From positions 24,312 through 88,311 of the forward strand of contig JAFDZU010000005.1 in the NCBI GenBank assembly GCA_018266765.1: 64,000 bases of DNA, written 5' to 3'. The DNA is from Bacteroidota bacterium (lineage in GTDB: Bacteria > Bacteroidota > Ignavibacteria > Kapaibacteriales > UBA961). Of the stretch, positions 20,594 through 30,375 are shown one piece after another; within the stretch, counting starts at the first letter, position 1; each line of letters starts with the position of its first letter. Made by a program: the position numbers and the translations under genes. The notes under the pieces were generated by a model that ran no database searches, was not told the DNA's origin, and was given only the letters and a program-made list of their open reading frames with translations.

Positions 20594-21607
20594 ATGACAA
20601 ATTTAAACTCGAAAAATATTAAAATAGCAGTACTCGGCACAGGACATCTCGGAAGTATCCACACTCGACTTTGGAAAACAGCTGACAACGCAGAATTAAT
20701 TGGAATTTATGAACCCAATCCTGAGCAAGCTAAAAAAGTAGCTGACGAAAATAATGTACAGATTTTTGCTTCACCAAGTGAAGCATTTGCTTCTGTAGAT
20801 GCGGTAACAATTGCATCACCAACGCTATTTCACTACGAGCTTGCCGTTGCAGCAATCAAAGCCGGAAAACACTGTTTCATCGAGAAACCAATCACGGCTA
20901 CCTATCAAGAAGCTGAAAAACTGATTGCACTTGCAAGACAGAATAATGTACTCGTACAAGTAGGTCATGTAGAAAGGTTTAATCCCGGATTAGCCGCTCT
21001 TCATGATTATCATATTGCCCCACTTTTTATAGAAGCACATCGGTTGGCTCAATTCAAGCCGAGAGCCACAGATGTGTCTGTCGTTTTGGATTTAATGATT
21101 CATGATATTGATATAGCATTATCGCTTGTTAAGTCAACGGTGATAAGTATTGACGCCCATGGCGTAGCAGTTCTTACGGAAACTCCCGATATCGCTAATG
21201 CACGACTACGTTTTGCAAATGGATGTGTAGCAAATCTTACAGCTTCGAGAATATCAGCCCAACCAATGCGAAAAATGCGCCTATTCCAAAAAGATGCATA
21301 TCTCTCGGTAGATTTTGCCAAAGGTTCTGTCGAGGTTTATCGCATACTTAATGAAGGTGAAGAAACGTCATCTATTCCGGCGATGATGCTTGGAAGTATA
21401 GATGCCGGCGATGTAAAAAAATCAATCGTCTATGAACAACCGATAGCTCCACAAGTAAATGCTATCGCTGAAGAACAGCGTGCATTTATAAATGCTATAT
21501 TAGGACATTCACCTATTGCTGTTAGTGCTGTAGATGCCGCCGAAGCCCTTCGTATTGCCGAGGAAATTGCAGAAGCTATTAAACGCGAAGCGGCTACTTT
21601 CAAGTAA
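20594..21607 (+). CDS. Gfo/Idh/MocA family NAD(P)-dependent oxidoreductase
   Basis: IAVLGTGHLGSIH Rossmann start, …EKP… and …GHVERFNPG… motifs typical of the family. Confidence 0.85.
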   Translation: MTNLNSKNIKIAVLGTGHLGSIHTRLWKTADNAELIGIYEPNPEQAKKVADENNVQIFASPSEAFASVDAVTIASPTLFHYELAVAAIKAGKHCFIEKPITATYQEAEKLIALARQNNVLVQVGHVERFNPGLAALHDYHIAPLFIEAHRLAQFKPRATDVSVVLDLMIHDIDIALSLVKSTVISIDAHGVAVLTETPDIANARLRFANGCVANLTASRISAQPMRKMRLFQKDAYLSVDFAKGSVEVYRILNEGEETSSIPAMMLGSIDAGDVKKSIVYEQPIAPQVNAIAEEQRAFINAILGHSPIAVSAVDAAEALRIAEEIAEAIKREAATFK

Positions 21608-21698
21608 CTTTAAATTTCACGCTAAATAAATTATCCGTTAGGATATTAGATATTTCAACGTATAATAATTTTTTAAAAACAAATCAAGGAATTTCGTT

Positions 21699-23249
21699 AT
21701 GAATAAGCGTTCTCTCGCCGCCGCAATAATGCTTATCGGCGTAGGAATTATTTTTGGAGTCGTATTGGTCTCCAATTTTGGAAATGGTAGAGTGGGTTCT
21801 CTTTTTGCCGGAGGTGTTAAAGATATTGGAGCGAAAAACCCACCTATTGTAGTTAATGAAACAGTAAGAGCATTGAATGATGCCTACAAAGCTGTTTCAA
21901 AGTCAGTAAATCCATCTGTTGTAAGTATTAATGTTCTCACAGAAACTAAAGTCCCTAAAAACCGATTACCCGATATTTTTAAGTTTTTTGGTCAGCCGGA
22001 TGATGGTTCGCAAGACAATGGAGAAGAAGATCGCACTCAAAAATCTGAAGGAGCAGGTTCGGGAGTGATTGTAAGCGAAGACGGCTATATAGTCACAAAT
22101 AATCACGTGGTGGAAGACGCTAGTGCCGATGGCATCAAAGTAATTTTTAGCGATAAAAAAGAATATAAAGCAAAACTTATAGGTCGTGACCCGCTGACCG
22201 ACATAGCGGTTCTGAAAATCGAAGCAAAAGGTTTGCCGGCCGTTCATTTTGGAAATAGTGATGATGTTCAAGTAGGTGAAATGGTGCTTGCAGTAGGTAA
22301 TCCACTCGGGCTACATTCCACAGTTACATCGGGGATTGTAAGTGCTCTCGGACGTGGTGCATTAGGTTTGAATCGTGGTAGTTATGCCATCGAAAATTTT
22401 ATCCAAATAGATGCGGCTATCAATCCCGGAAATAGTGGGGGCGGACTTTTTAATCTTCAGGGAAGTTTGATTGGAATTAACTCGGCAATTGCTTCACGTA
22501 CCGGCTATTTTTCCGGTTACGGGTTCGCAATACCAATTAATCTTGCCAAGGCAGTTGTATTAGATATTATGGATGATGGAAAAGTTGACCGTGGATATAT
22601 TGGTGTACAAATTCGCTCGGTAGATGAAGTAATTGCCAAAAGTATGAAACTTGAAAGTGTAGCCGGAGTTTTAGTAGATAATGTACTTTCTGACGGCGCG
22701 GCATCGAAAGCCGGAATTGAAACAGGAGATGTTATATTAGAATTAGACGGTGTTCCGGTGAATACTTCTAATGAACTCCAAAGTCGTGTTGTTCAACATC
22801 GTGCAGGCGAATCTGTTAAACTTAAGATTTGGCGAGAAGGAAAGATGATAACTAAATCTGTAACATTACAGCCGAGAGAAGAAGATAAATTAGCTTCGAA
22901 CGCTAAAAAAGGTAATGCTCCCGGAGAAGAAATGGATGAAGATAGTAATAAACCTGTTGTATTTAAACAGCTTGGATTTACTATTGGTGCATTGACCGAG
23001 AAAGCAAAAAAAGATAATGAAGTAGAAAGTGGAGTATTAATTACTAAGGTTGACCAATTTAGCGAAGCTGCAGAGCGAGGACTTTTTCCTAATGCTGTAA
23101 TTGTAAAAGCAGATAAACAAGCAATTCAGACCCCCGCCCAACTCAAAAAAGCAATTGATTCAAAACGGGGTGATGTTGTTCGTTTACAACTAAAAACAAA
23201 AGATGGAACTCGTCTTATTTTTATAGAAGTTCCTAAAGAGAACAGTTGA
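21699..23249 (+). CDS. htrA: Do/DegP/HtrA periplasmic serine endoprotease with two PDZ domains
   Basis: Signal-anchor and catalytic triad context: TNNHVV (His), D…AVLKI (Asp), GNSGGGL (Ser). Two PDZ-like segments follow. Confidence 0.9.
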   Translation: MNKRSLAAAIMLIGVGIIFGVVLVSNFGNGRVGSLFAGGVKDIGAKNPPIVVNETVRALNDAYKAVSKSVNPSVVSINVLTETKVPKNRLPDIFKFFGQPDDGSQDNGEEDRTQKSEGAGSGVIVSEDGYIVTNNHVVEDASADGIKVIFSDKKEYKAKLIGRDPLTDIAVLKIEAKGLPAVHFGNSDDVQVGEMVLAVGNPLGLHSTVTSGIVSALGRGALGLNRGSYAIENFIQIDAAINPGNSGGGLFNLQGSLIGINSAIASRTGYFSGYGFAIPINLAKAVVLDIMDDGKVDRGYIGVQIRSVDEVIAKSMKLESVAGVLVDNVLSDGAASKAGIETGDVILELDGVPVNTSNELQSRVVQHRAGESVKLKIWREGKMITKSVTLQPREEDKLASNAKKGNAPGEEMDEDSNKPVVFKQLGFTIGALTEKAKKDNEVESGVLITKVDQFSEAAERGLFPNAVIVKADKQAIQTPAQLKKAIDSKRGDVVRLQLKTKDGTRLIFIEVPKENS

Positions 23250-23281
23250 TAATTACTCTGCTAATTCATTCATAAAATGTT

Positions 23282-23328
23282 AAAACCTCACTGATTTATT
23301 TAGTCGGTGGGGTTTTCTTTTTTCGTAA
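23282..23328 (+). terminator. Probable terminator after htrA
   Basis: aacctcac…gtggggtt imperfect hairpin followed by TTTTCTTTTTT. Confidence 0.4.
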
Positions 23329-23384
23329 TTTTGAATTGAAGTTTATCTGATTTTTTCCTTTATACAATTATTTTCTGAGTAGTA

Positions 23385-24353
23385 ATGAGCCATAATCACG
23401 ACCACCACGGGCATAACCATCAACATGGACATGACCATCATCATCATCATGCAGAAATTGCCAATGATTCACGTGCTCTAAAAATTGCAATGGCATGCAC
23501 TGCAAGCATTTTTGTAGCTCAAGTAGTTGGTGGGTTTTTGTCTCATTCACTTGCGTTACTTTCCGATGCAGGACACATGCTTGCTGATGTCGGAGCACTT
23601 TTAATTGCATTTTTGGCTCTTAAATTTTATTCACGTTCTCAGTCTGATATAGAAAAATTACAACAATATACCTTTGGATTTCGTAGGATTGAAGTATTAG
23701 CGGCTTTGGTGAATGGTGTCGTACTTGTGGGTATTTGTGGGTTCTTGATGTATGAAGCAATCGAGCGATTCTTTCATCCACAGGAAGTCTTATCGCTTCA
23801 AATGATTTTTGTTGCTACAATAGGCTTGATTGCTAACGGAATTAGTGCGCTTGTCTTGTATAAATCACATCATATCAGCACACGCAGTGCATATCTTCAC
23901 GTATTGACAGATTTACTTTCATCAGTGGCGGTAATAGTTGGTGGTGTAGCAATTTATTATACTCATTTATCGTGGATTGATTCTGTACTTTCCTTTGGTA
24001 TTTCGTTATTTATAATTCGGAGTGCGCTGAGATTAGTGCGTTCATCCGGAATTCTTTTGATGGATTCAGCTCCTCCAATGGTTTCAAAAGATGTTATCGA
24101 ACAAGCATTGATGGAAACCGATGGAGTGGTTAGCGTCCATGATATTCACATTTGGCAGAATAGTCCGGGTGAAAATACCGTAAGTGCTCACATTGTAATA
24201 TCTTCGGATTCACTTCATGATGAAATTCTAAAGACACTTTGTTCGATGCTGAAAGAAAAATTTTCATTAGTTCACTCAACGATTCAAATAGAATCTCAAA
24301 ACTATTCTGAACAGCAACATTGCGACTCGTGCCAACTCCAAAATCAGTTGTAA
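23385..24353 (+). CDS. Cation diffusion facilitator transporter (CzcD/ZitB-like) with His-rich N-terminal tail
   Basis: N-terminus MSHNHDHHGHNHQHGHDHHHHH. CDF signature …SLALLSDAGHMLAD… and six TM segments. C-terminal cytoplasmic domain. Confidence 0.85.
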   Translation: MSHNHDHHGHNHQHGHDHHHHHAEIANDSRALKIAMACTASIFVAQVVGGFLSHSLALLSDAGHMLADVGALLIAFLALKFYSRSQSDIEKLQQYTFGFRRIEVLAALVNGVVLVGICGFLMYEAIERFFHPQEVLSLQMIFVATIGLIANGISALVLYKSHHISTRSAYLHVLTDLLSSVAVIVGGVAIYYTHLSWIDSVLSFGISLFIIRSALRLVRSSGILLMDSAPPMVSKDVIEQALMETDGVVSVHDIHIWQNSPGENTVSAHIVISSDSLHDEILKTLCSMLKEKFSLVHSTIQIESQNYSEQQHCDSCQLQNQL

Positions 24354-24371
24354 AATAAATTGAACTGTTGA

Positions 24372-25682
24372 TTAAGATACATCATTGAACCAAACTCTGC
24401 ACACAAATTCTTCTCCGCTTCCAAAACGAAATGGTATGCTATAAATTTGTACCCGTCGAATTTCTGCTGTTTGCTTTTTCCAAGGTTCTTTGTTTACTTT
24501 TGCCGAGTAATTAAATTTTTTGAGAATTTCGAGGAATATCGTTGTAATTGCATTGAGGGTTTCTTGAAATATCTGGTTATTGTGGGCATTGGCAATATAA
24601 TTTGGGTCTCCACGAAGTTGAGCCAAATTATTGAAATCTACTACCATACCTTCAATACCAATTGTGATATCAATCTTTCCTTCTTTCACATAAACATTAA
24701 TAGTTTCAGAGTGTTCATTTGAGACAATATTAGCTACTTTATCTTCAAGGATTGCAACATTTTCAGTAATGAATGAAGGTAATTCAGTAATAAGTGCGGC
24801 TTGGATTTTTTCACTAAACTGATTAGTAACCACATGTCTGAAGGCACCTTCTTTCGATTCATCTTTGAATATTTTTTTAAGTAAAGATTCAATAAATAAT
24901 TTTTGTACAAAAGTACGAAGAATAATTCCTTGGAAGAATGTTTTTTCGTCCTCACGAAGTGTGTTGCGTTCGGAGCAAATAAGTATTTCAAGCGGCCGTT
25001 CACGTTTGAGTTGTCGTAGCTTTTTAGCTAAAAATTTTCGATTTTGAAGTCCGGTCCCCTCGGGTAAGTTTTCAGAAATACAGACATCGGTGATAAGGTC
25101 ATTTTCTTGGGCAAGTCGGTATGCCTCGCTACCATCTTCAGCAATTATTACTTCACAACGGTTACCAATCATCGAAGTAAAGAACATTCTAAAAGTAGGG
25201 TCATCATCGACAAGTAGGATTTTATGATTTTTTTCAATCGTGATATCGGTGACTTTAGGTAATTTAGGTTTGCCTTTCTGGTCACGAATAGCAAGTAACA
25301 ATTTACCAATTCGGATATAAGCAGTATCAATATCAATGGGTTTGAGGAGGTATCCCTCTATTCCCAACTGAGTAAGGCGCATGACAATAGATTTTTCTTG
25401 GATAGCAGAAGTTATAATAACAGGAGTTTCTGTATGCGATGGATCATTGCGTAGGGCTTCGAGCATTTCCATCCCATTCATAATAGGCATGCGCAAATCG
25501 AGAAATATTGCATCAGGAGAATCTTGACTTATTCGTTCTAATGCATCAAGCCCATTTTCGGCTTCTACTACATTGCAAAAAGGAAACCTTTTTGAGACAA
25601 AGCGAGATAGAATTGTCCTGCTTAATCGTTCATCATCTACAATTAACACTTTCATTGCATTAAGTATCGGCAAATAATTCAT
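24372..25682 (-). CDS. Response regulator with two tandem receiver (REC) domains and a ~150-aa C-terminal domain of unknown function
   Basis: REC1: VLIVDDE…D56-like LDLRMP…K in LLKPID. REC2: ILLVDDDP…IILRTF…. C-terminal ~150 aa (…ITELPSFITENVAILEDKV…VCRVWFNDVS) matches no family I can recognise. Confidence 0.7.
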   Translation of the reverse strand: MNYLPILNAMKVLIVDDERLSRTILSRFVSKRFPFCNVVEAENGLDALERISQDSPDAIFLDLRMPIMNGMEMLEALRNDPSHTETPVIITSAIQEKSIVMRLTQLGIEGYLLKPIDIDTAYIRIGKLLLAIRDQKGKPKLPKVTDITIEKNHKILLVDDDPTFRMFFTSMIGNRCEVIIAEDGSEAYRLAQENDLITDVCISENLPEGTGLQNRKFLAKKLRQLKRERPLEILICSERNTLREDEKTFFQGIILRTFVQKLFIESLLKKIFKDESKEGAFRHVVTNQFSEKIQAALITELPSFITENVAILEDKVANIVSNEHSETINVYVKEGKIDITIGIEGMVVDFNNLAQLRGDPNYIANAHNNQIFQETLNAITTIFLEILKKFNYSAKVNKEPWKKQTAEIRRVQIYSIPFRFGSGEEFVCRVWFNDVS

Positions 25683-25787
25683 GAAATCACTACGGAATAA
25701 TCAATTAAATAGAGTTGCAACTTACAAGAAAATACGGACTTGACATAGGACAAATTCGTAATTCTATTACTTTTTTATCTAATTCAT

Positions 25788-25827
25788 CAAAAAAACCCGC
25801 CTAATTAAAGTTATCAGACGGGTTTTA
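25788..25827 (-). terminator. Rho-independent terminator downstream of the P5C dehydrogenase gene
   Basis: Minus strand: aaacccgtct-…-aggcgggttt hairpin followed by TTTTTTT. Confidence 0.55.
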
Positions 25828-25871
25828 GGGTAAGTTATAATACTTATCTATCAATTTGCAAGTGTCATCTA

Positions 25872-27422
25872 TTACTTTTTAATCTTTTCGCTGATAGATT
25901 TAGCTTGGAGGAATAATAGGAGATAATCTCTTCCGCCTGCCTTTGAATCTGTACCGCTCATATTAAACCCACCAAAAGGATTTCCGCCCACTAAAGCGCC
26001 GGTACATTTACGGTTCAAGTATAAATTCCCTACGAAAAACTCCTCACGTGCTTTGGCAAGTTTCTCTTTGTTATCGGTATAAACTGCACCGGTTAAGCCG
26101 TAAATAGTATTATTAGCTATTGAAAGTCCATCCTCAAAATTTTCAGATTTGATAACTGCTAAAACAGGTCCAAAGATCTCTTCTTGCGAGATTCGTGCCA
26201 TCGGACTAATATCAGCAAATACTGTTGGTTGGATATAATATCCATTTTTTCCTTCTACTTTGTAGCCACCTGTGAGTAATCTTCCTTCTTTTTTGCCAAT
26301 TTCAATATAATTCAAAATTGAGCGTTCAGCTTTTGCTGATACAACAGGTCCACAGAATGTGTTATCAAGCGGATTTCCTACTTGAAGTTTTTCAACAGCT
26401 ACTTTTAGCTTCTCTGTAAATTCTTCGTAAATCTTAGAATCTACAATTACCCGTGAGCACGCAGAACATTTTTGCCCTTGGAAGCCGAATGCCGCCGCTA
26501 CAACGCCCTGAACTGCTACATCTATATTAGTTTCCGAATCAACTACTATCGAGTCTTTACCGCCCATTTCTGCCACTACTCGCTTAATCCAAATCTGGCC
26601 TTTCATTGTTTTTGCGGCAAGTTCGTTAATTCTCAAACCAACTTCCATCGAACCTGTAAATGAAATAAAACGAGTTTTTGGATGAGTTACTAAATAATCG
26701 CCAGCTTCTGCGCCACTTGCCACAAGGAAATTTAGAACACCGTCCGGCAAACCAACCTCGCGCATAATTTCTGTAAATATCCACCCCATCATTGGCGAAT
26801 CTGACGAAGGTTTCACGATAACCGGATTACCGCAAACAATTGCAGCCGCGCTCATTCCGGCTAAAATTGCAAACGGAAAATTCCATGGCGGAATAATAAC
26901 CCCGACTCCAAGCGGTGTATAAATCATTTCATTGTTTTCGCCTGCAATCGGTACAATCGGCTGTTTACCGCCATAACGCAATGCTTCTCGTCCGTAAAAA
27001 TCAAGAAAATCAATTGCTTCACAAGTATCAGCATCAGCTTCAAGATAGTTTTTTCCTACTTCGGAAATCATCCACGCATTAATTTCCAAACGTCGTTCGC
27101 GCATTACATTTGCGGCTTTGAAAAGAAATTCAGCGCGTGTTTCCATCGGCACTTTTTTCCACGACTCAAATGCTGTTAGTGCCGCTTGCATTGCTTTTTC
27201 AGCATCATCTTTGCCTGATTTTTGGAATATTCCAATTGTTTCATCAAGGTTCGATGGATTTATTGACCGTGTTTTATCGGTAGTTATTACCTTTTCACCA
27301 TTGATAATATTTGGGTATTCTTTGCCAAACTCTGTTCGTACTTTGTCTAATATTTGGCGTTGCTTTTGTGCTATTTCCGGATTTGAGAAGTCTAGATACA
27401 CTTCATTTGCAAATTCTTTCAT
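25872..27422 (-). CDS. L-glutamate gamma-semialdehyde (1-pyrroline-5-carboxylate) dehydrogenase, RocA/PruA type
   Basis: 516 aa aldehyde dehydrogenase: catalytic Cys in …GQKCSACSR…, EMGGK motif, C-terminal GGRDYLLLFLQAK typical of single-domain P5CDH. Confidence 0.8.
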   Translation of the reverse strand: MKEFANEVYLDFSNPEIAQKQRQILDKVRTEFGKEYPNIINGEKVITTDKTRSINPSNLDETIGIFQKSGKDDAEKAMQAALTAFESWKKVPMETRAEFLFKAANVMRERRLEINAWMISEVGKNYLEADADTCEAIDFLDFYGREALRYGGKQPIVPIAGENNEMIYTPLGVGVIIPPWNFPFAILAGMSAAAIVCGNPVIVKPSSDSPMMGWIFTEIMREVGLPDGVLNFLVASGAEAGDYLVTHPKTRFISFTGSMEVGLRINELAAKTMKGQIWIKRVVAEMGGKDSIVVDSETNIDVAVQGVVAAAFGFQGQKCSACSRVIVDSKIYEEFTEKLKVAVEKLQVGNPLDNTFCGPVVSAKAERSILNYIEIGKKEGRLLTGGYKVEGKNGYYIQPTVFADISPMARISQEEIFGPVLAVIKSENFEDGLSIANNTIYGLTGAVYTDNKEKLAKAREEFFVGNLYLNRKCTGALVGGNPFGGFNMSGTDSKAGGRDYLLLFLQAKSISEKIKK

Positions 27423-27532
27423 GGATTCCTTAAATTATGATAAATAAGATGATTATAGTTGTTAATTAACAAATAGTCTCTTATCCTTGACGATTCTTCT
27501 CTAAATTATTGTTCTGAACCTAAAGCAGTGGT

Positions 27533-27901
27533 TTATTTCTTGAAAATAAAATATACTGCCAACACCAAAAATCCAAATCCTATTAAATGATTGAGTTTGA
27601 GTGACTCATCTTTAAAAAAAACTGTCGTAAAAATCGTAAAAATCACTAAGGTAACAACTTCTTGAATCACTTTTAGCTGTACGAGTGAGAACGGCCCGCC
27701 ATTTTCACTATATCCAATTCGATTTGCGGGAACTTGGAAGCAATATTCTAAAAGCGCAATGCCCCAACTAATGAAAATAATCGAAACGAGTCCTAATTTT
27801 TTAAACCATTCCAGCTCGCTGAATTTCAGATGACCATACCATGCAAATGTCATGAATGTATTTGCAACTGCAAGCAGTAAGATTGTATAGATTGATTTCA
27901 C
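27533..27901 (-). CDS. DMT-superfamily small membrane protein (DUF486 family)
   Basis: 122 aa, four predicted TM helices. Conserved …FAWYGHLKF… and …GYSENGGPFSLVQLKVIQE… pattern. Confidence 0.55.
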   Translation of the reverse strand: MKSIYTILLLAVANTFMTFAWYGHLKFSELEWFKKLGLVSIIFISWGIALLEYCFQVPANRIGYSENGGPFSLVQLKVIQEVVTLVIFTIFTTVFFKDESLKLNHLIGFGFLVLAVYFIFKK

Positions 27902-27915
27902 TCTTCTATAAAATT

Positions 27916-30309
27916 TTAGTTATTCAAAATAATAAACGTGAAAATTTCACCTGTTCTATTTCTTCTGATAAAGTACATTCCTGCAGTTAAATCCTCTGTT
28001 TTAACCGTTAATTTACTTTGTCCATATTCTCCAAAAACTGATAGCAATTTCTGTCCTACTATAGAATACACATCGAATTGTTCTTTCGAATTATCTCCCA
28101 AATATCGAATTGAAACAGTTGAAGTTGCAGGATTTGGGTATATTGAAAACTGCATACTGTTCTCTTTGTTTTTCTCTAAAACATCAGCAGATGACTGAAA
28201 TTCTCTTGCTCCTATATCCGGCAATAAACCGGAATATGAATCATTAAATCCGAGAATAATTTCGCCCTTATCTATTAATAAACTGGTCGGAGATAATTCA
28301 TAATTACCGGATGAAATACTACTAAACACTGGATTGATTAATACAGCTTTTGAAATTGAACACCTATTGTCACCCGTGATAGTTCTCAGTTCTTCATCGA
28401 AAGGTAAAACATCTGAAAAAGCAATGCATTTAGGAATTCCATTCATTGGTTGTATTATTGCTAAGATGTTATTTTTATTATAATAACAATCACTTTGGGA
28501 ATTAAAATTATAGAGTGAATCTCCTTGAATTCCATCTAGAAAAAATGAAGATTTTCCTTCTGAATAGTAAATATTATTACGGCTAAAAATAGACTTCCAC
28601 GTAGAATTCCACAAATACATATCAAACCCCAATGTATCGGCTGTGTGGAAAGTATTATGGACAAAAATCATATCAGGAGGATTAATCGTCCGCGCAGAAG
28701 CATTAAGTTTTATTCCAGTGCCCCAAATTTTGGTAGAAGAAATATTATCACAATCCATAAAAAAAATGTCATTATGATTTTTCCGCTCAATGATATGATG
28801 AATTATATTTCTGAAAATATAATTCGGACCAAAACTCGCATTTATAAATGATAGTCCAACCGAGCAATAACCAACTGTGTTATTCCAAATACGAGAGTTT
28901 ATACTACCGCCATCGGCATTAATTCCATTGTAAGAATTGCTGATTTTGTTGTTGTAAATATCCGTTTCTTCGGAAGCTAGATCGGTAGTCAAACTTTTTC
29001 CGACTAATCCGCCTATATATCCATCTACACTATTATTACGAATAATATTTACTTGAGATTGACTGCTAAAATTAATGGCGGCATACTCCATATATCGTCC
29101 ATACGTACCTTGTTCGAGGATGGTAACATCACGCGTTTGTTTGAATGCGCCGTGCGAATACTTTCCGACACCATCTTGAAATGTACAATTTTGAACTATA
29201 GAATAATTACAGCTATCTGAAAAATTAATAGGCCAATTACAGTATTCAAAATGACAATTATCCAGTACAACATGATTTGTATTTTTGAACGAAAGAGTCA
29301 AAGCAGGATAATCGCCATCAACAAGTGAAAAAATATTTTTAGTAATAATCGGTTTTGCAAAATATTTAAAAGTAATTTCACTGAAATAAAGATAGTTATT
29401 CTTGTTATTCCCTTGAACTGTAATACATTGTGACAGTTTAGAGAAAGTGAGGTGTTCGTTATTTGGATTGCGATGGTCAAGAGTCTTGAAGTAAAACGTA
29501 CTGTCTTTTCGATAAAATCCCGAAAGGTCATACCCTAAATCAGACAAGCTCGGATACGGAAAAGCCGCCGGAATGAGCAAACCATAGGGATACAGCCGAA
29601 GATTTTTATTGAGTAAACAAAGAGAAGTATAAGCAATATCTGAACGAACAGTTGTTGAATACAGCGCTGAATCTTCTGCGGTTGCTTTCCAAATATAACG
29701 AGTGGTATCTCCACCATCAAATACGGGAGTTTCGCCCGGAGCTGCCATAAAAACAATGGGAGTTTCTTCGGTGCAATTACCATTTAATTTGATAGCTAGG
29801 TTACCAATAGCATAATTCCCACCTTTGAGTATTACCGTTGTTCCACAGGAAATTTCCGATGTCAGCAGAACCTTTAAACTACCGGGCAGTGCGGAAGAAT
29901 ATGCTGTTCCTGAACCAAATGGACTTACATATTTGATTATTCCGATAGGTATAATAACGGGAGGTGCAAGTGTTTTTACAGAATCGTTAATTTCATTGAT
30001 TTGTGGTGTTTGTGAACTATCAATTAGCGTTAGTTTTATGTTGTACTGTGCATTTGAGTCTAACAAAAACAGACTGCCTCTCCATTGTTTGGTTTGGTTG
30101 TCGTATGAAGGTGAAAAACCATTTTTCCAGAGAAAATCACCTTTTTTTTTGTAGATAATACTTAGGTTGGATTTAGAGCTGACATTCGAATTAGAAGACG
30201 ATAATGAATAGCCGATACTATTGAAGGTAGCTGTTGTTGTAAATCTAATTTGAGATTGTGCATCGGAAATACAGAATAGTATGAGAATAATTACAACACT
30301 TATTTTCAT
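27916..30309 (-). CDS. T9SS-secreted right-handed beta-helix (pectin-lyase-fold) protein, 797 aa
   Basis: Signal peptide, then repeated N-x-(I/V)-x-G/NN beta-helix rungs (…IIRNNSVDGYIGG…, …IWNNTVGYCSVGLSF…, …IFRNIIHH…). Terminal T9SS sorting domain (…FSIYPNPATSTVSIRY…AGMYFIRRNRTGEIFTFIILNN). Confidence 0.7.
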   Translation of the reverse strand: MKISVVIILILFCISDAQSQIRFTTTATFNSIGYSLSSSNSNVSSKSNLSIIYKKKGDFLWKNGFSPSYDNQTKQWRGSLFLLDSNAQYNIKLTLIDSSQTPQINEINDSVKTLAPPVIIPIGIIKYVSPFGSGTAYSSALPGSLKVLLTSEISCGTTVILKGGNYAIGNLAIKLNGNCTEETPIVFMAAPGETPVFDGGDTTRYIWKATAEDSALYSTTVRSDIAYTSLCLLNKNLRLYPYGLLIPAAFPYPSLSDLGYDLSGFYRKDSTFYFKTLDHRNPNNEHLTFSKLSQCITVQGNNKNNYLYFSEITFKYFAKPIITKNIFSLVDGDYPALTLSFKNTNHVVLDNCHFEYCNWPINFSDSCNYSIVQNCTFQDGVGKYSHGAFKQTRDVTILEQGTYGRYMEYAAINFSSQSQVNIIRNNSVDGYIGGLVGKSLTTDLASEETDIYNNKISNSYNGINADGGSINSRIWNNTVGYCSVGLSFINASFGPNYIFRNIIHHIIERKNHNDIFFMDCDNISSTKIWGTGIKLNASARTINPPDMIFVHNTFHTADTLGFDMYLWNSTWKSIFSRNNIYYSEGKSSFFLDGIQGDSLYNFNSQSDCYYNKNNILAIIQPMNGIPKCIAFSDVLPFDEELRTITGDNRCSISKAVLINPVFSSISSGNYELSPTSLLIDKGEIILGFNDSYSGLLPDIGAREFQSSADVLEKNKENSMQFSIYPNPATSTVSIRYLGDNSKEQFDVYSIVGQKLLSVFGEYGQSKLTVKTEDLTAGMYFIRRNRTGEIFTFIILNN

Positions 30310-30375
30310 ATAATTATTTGGGATTAAACCTTCACTAATTTTAATTTTATTAACAGGTTACTACGATGTTTAATG

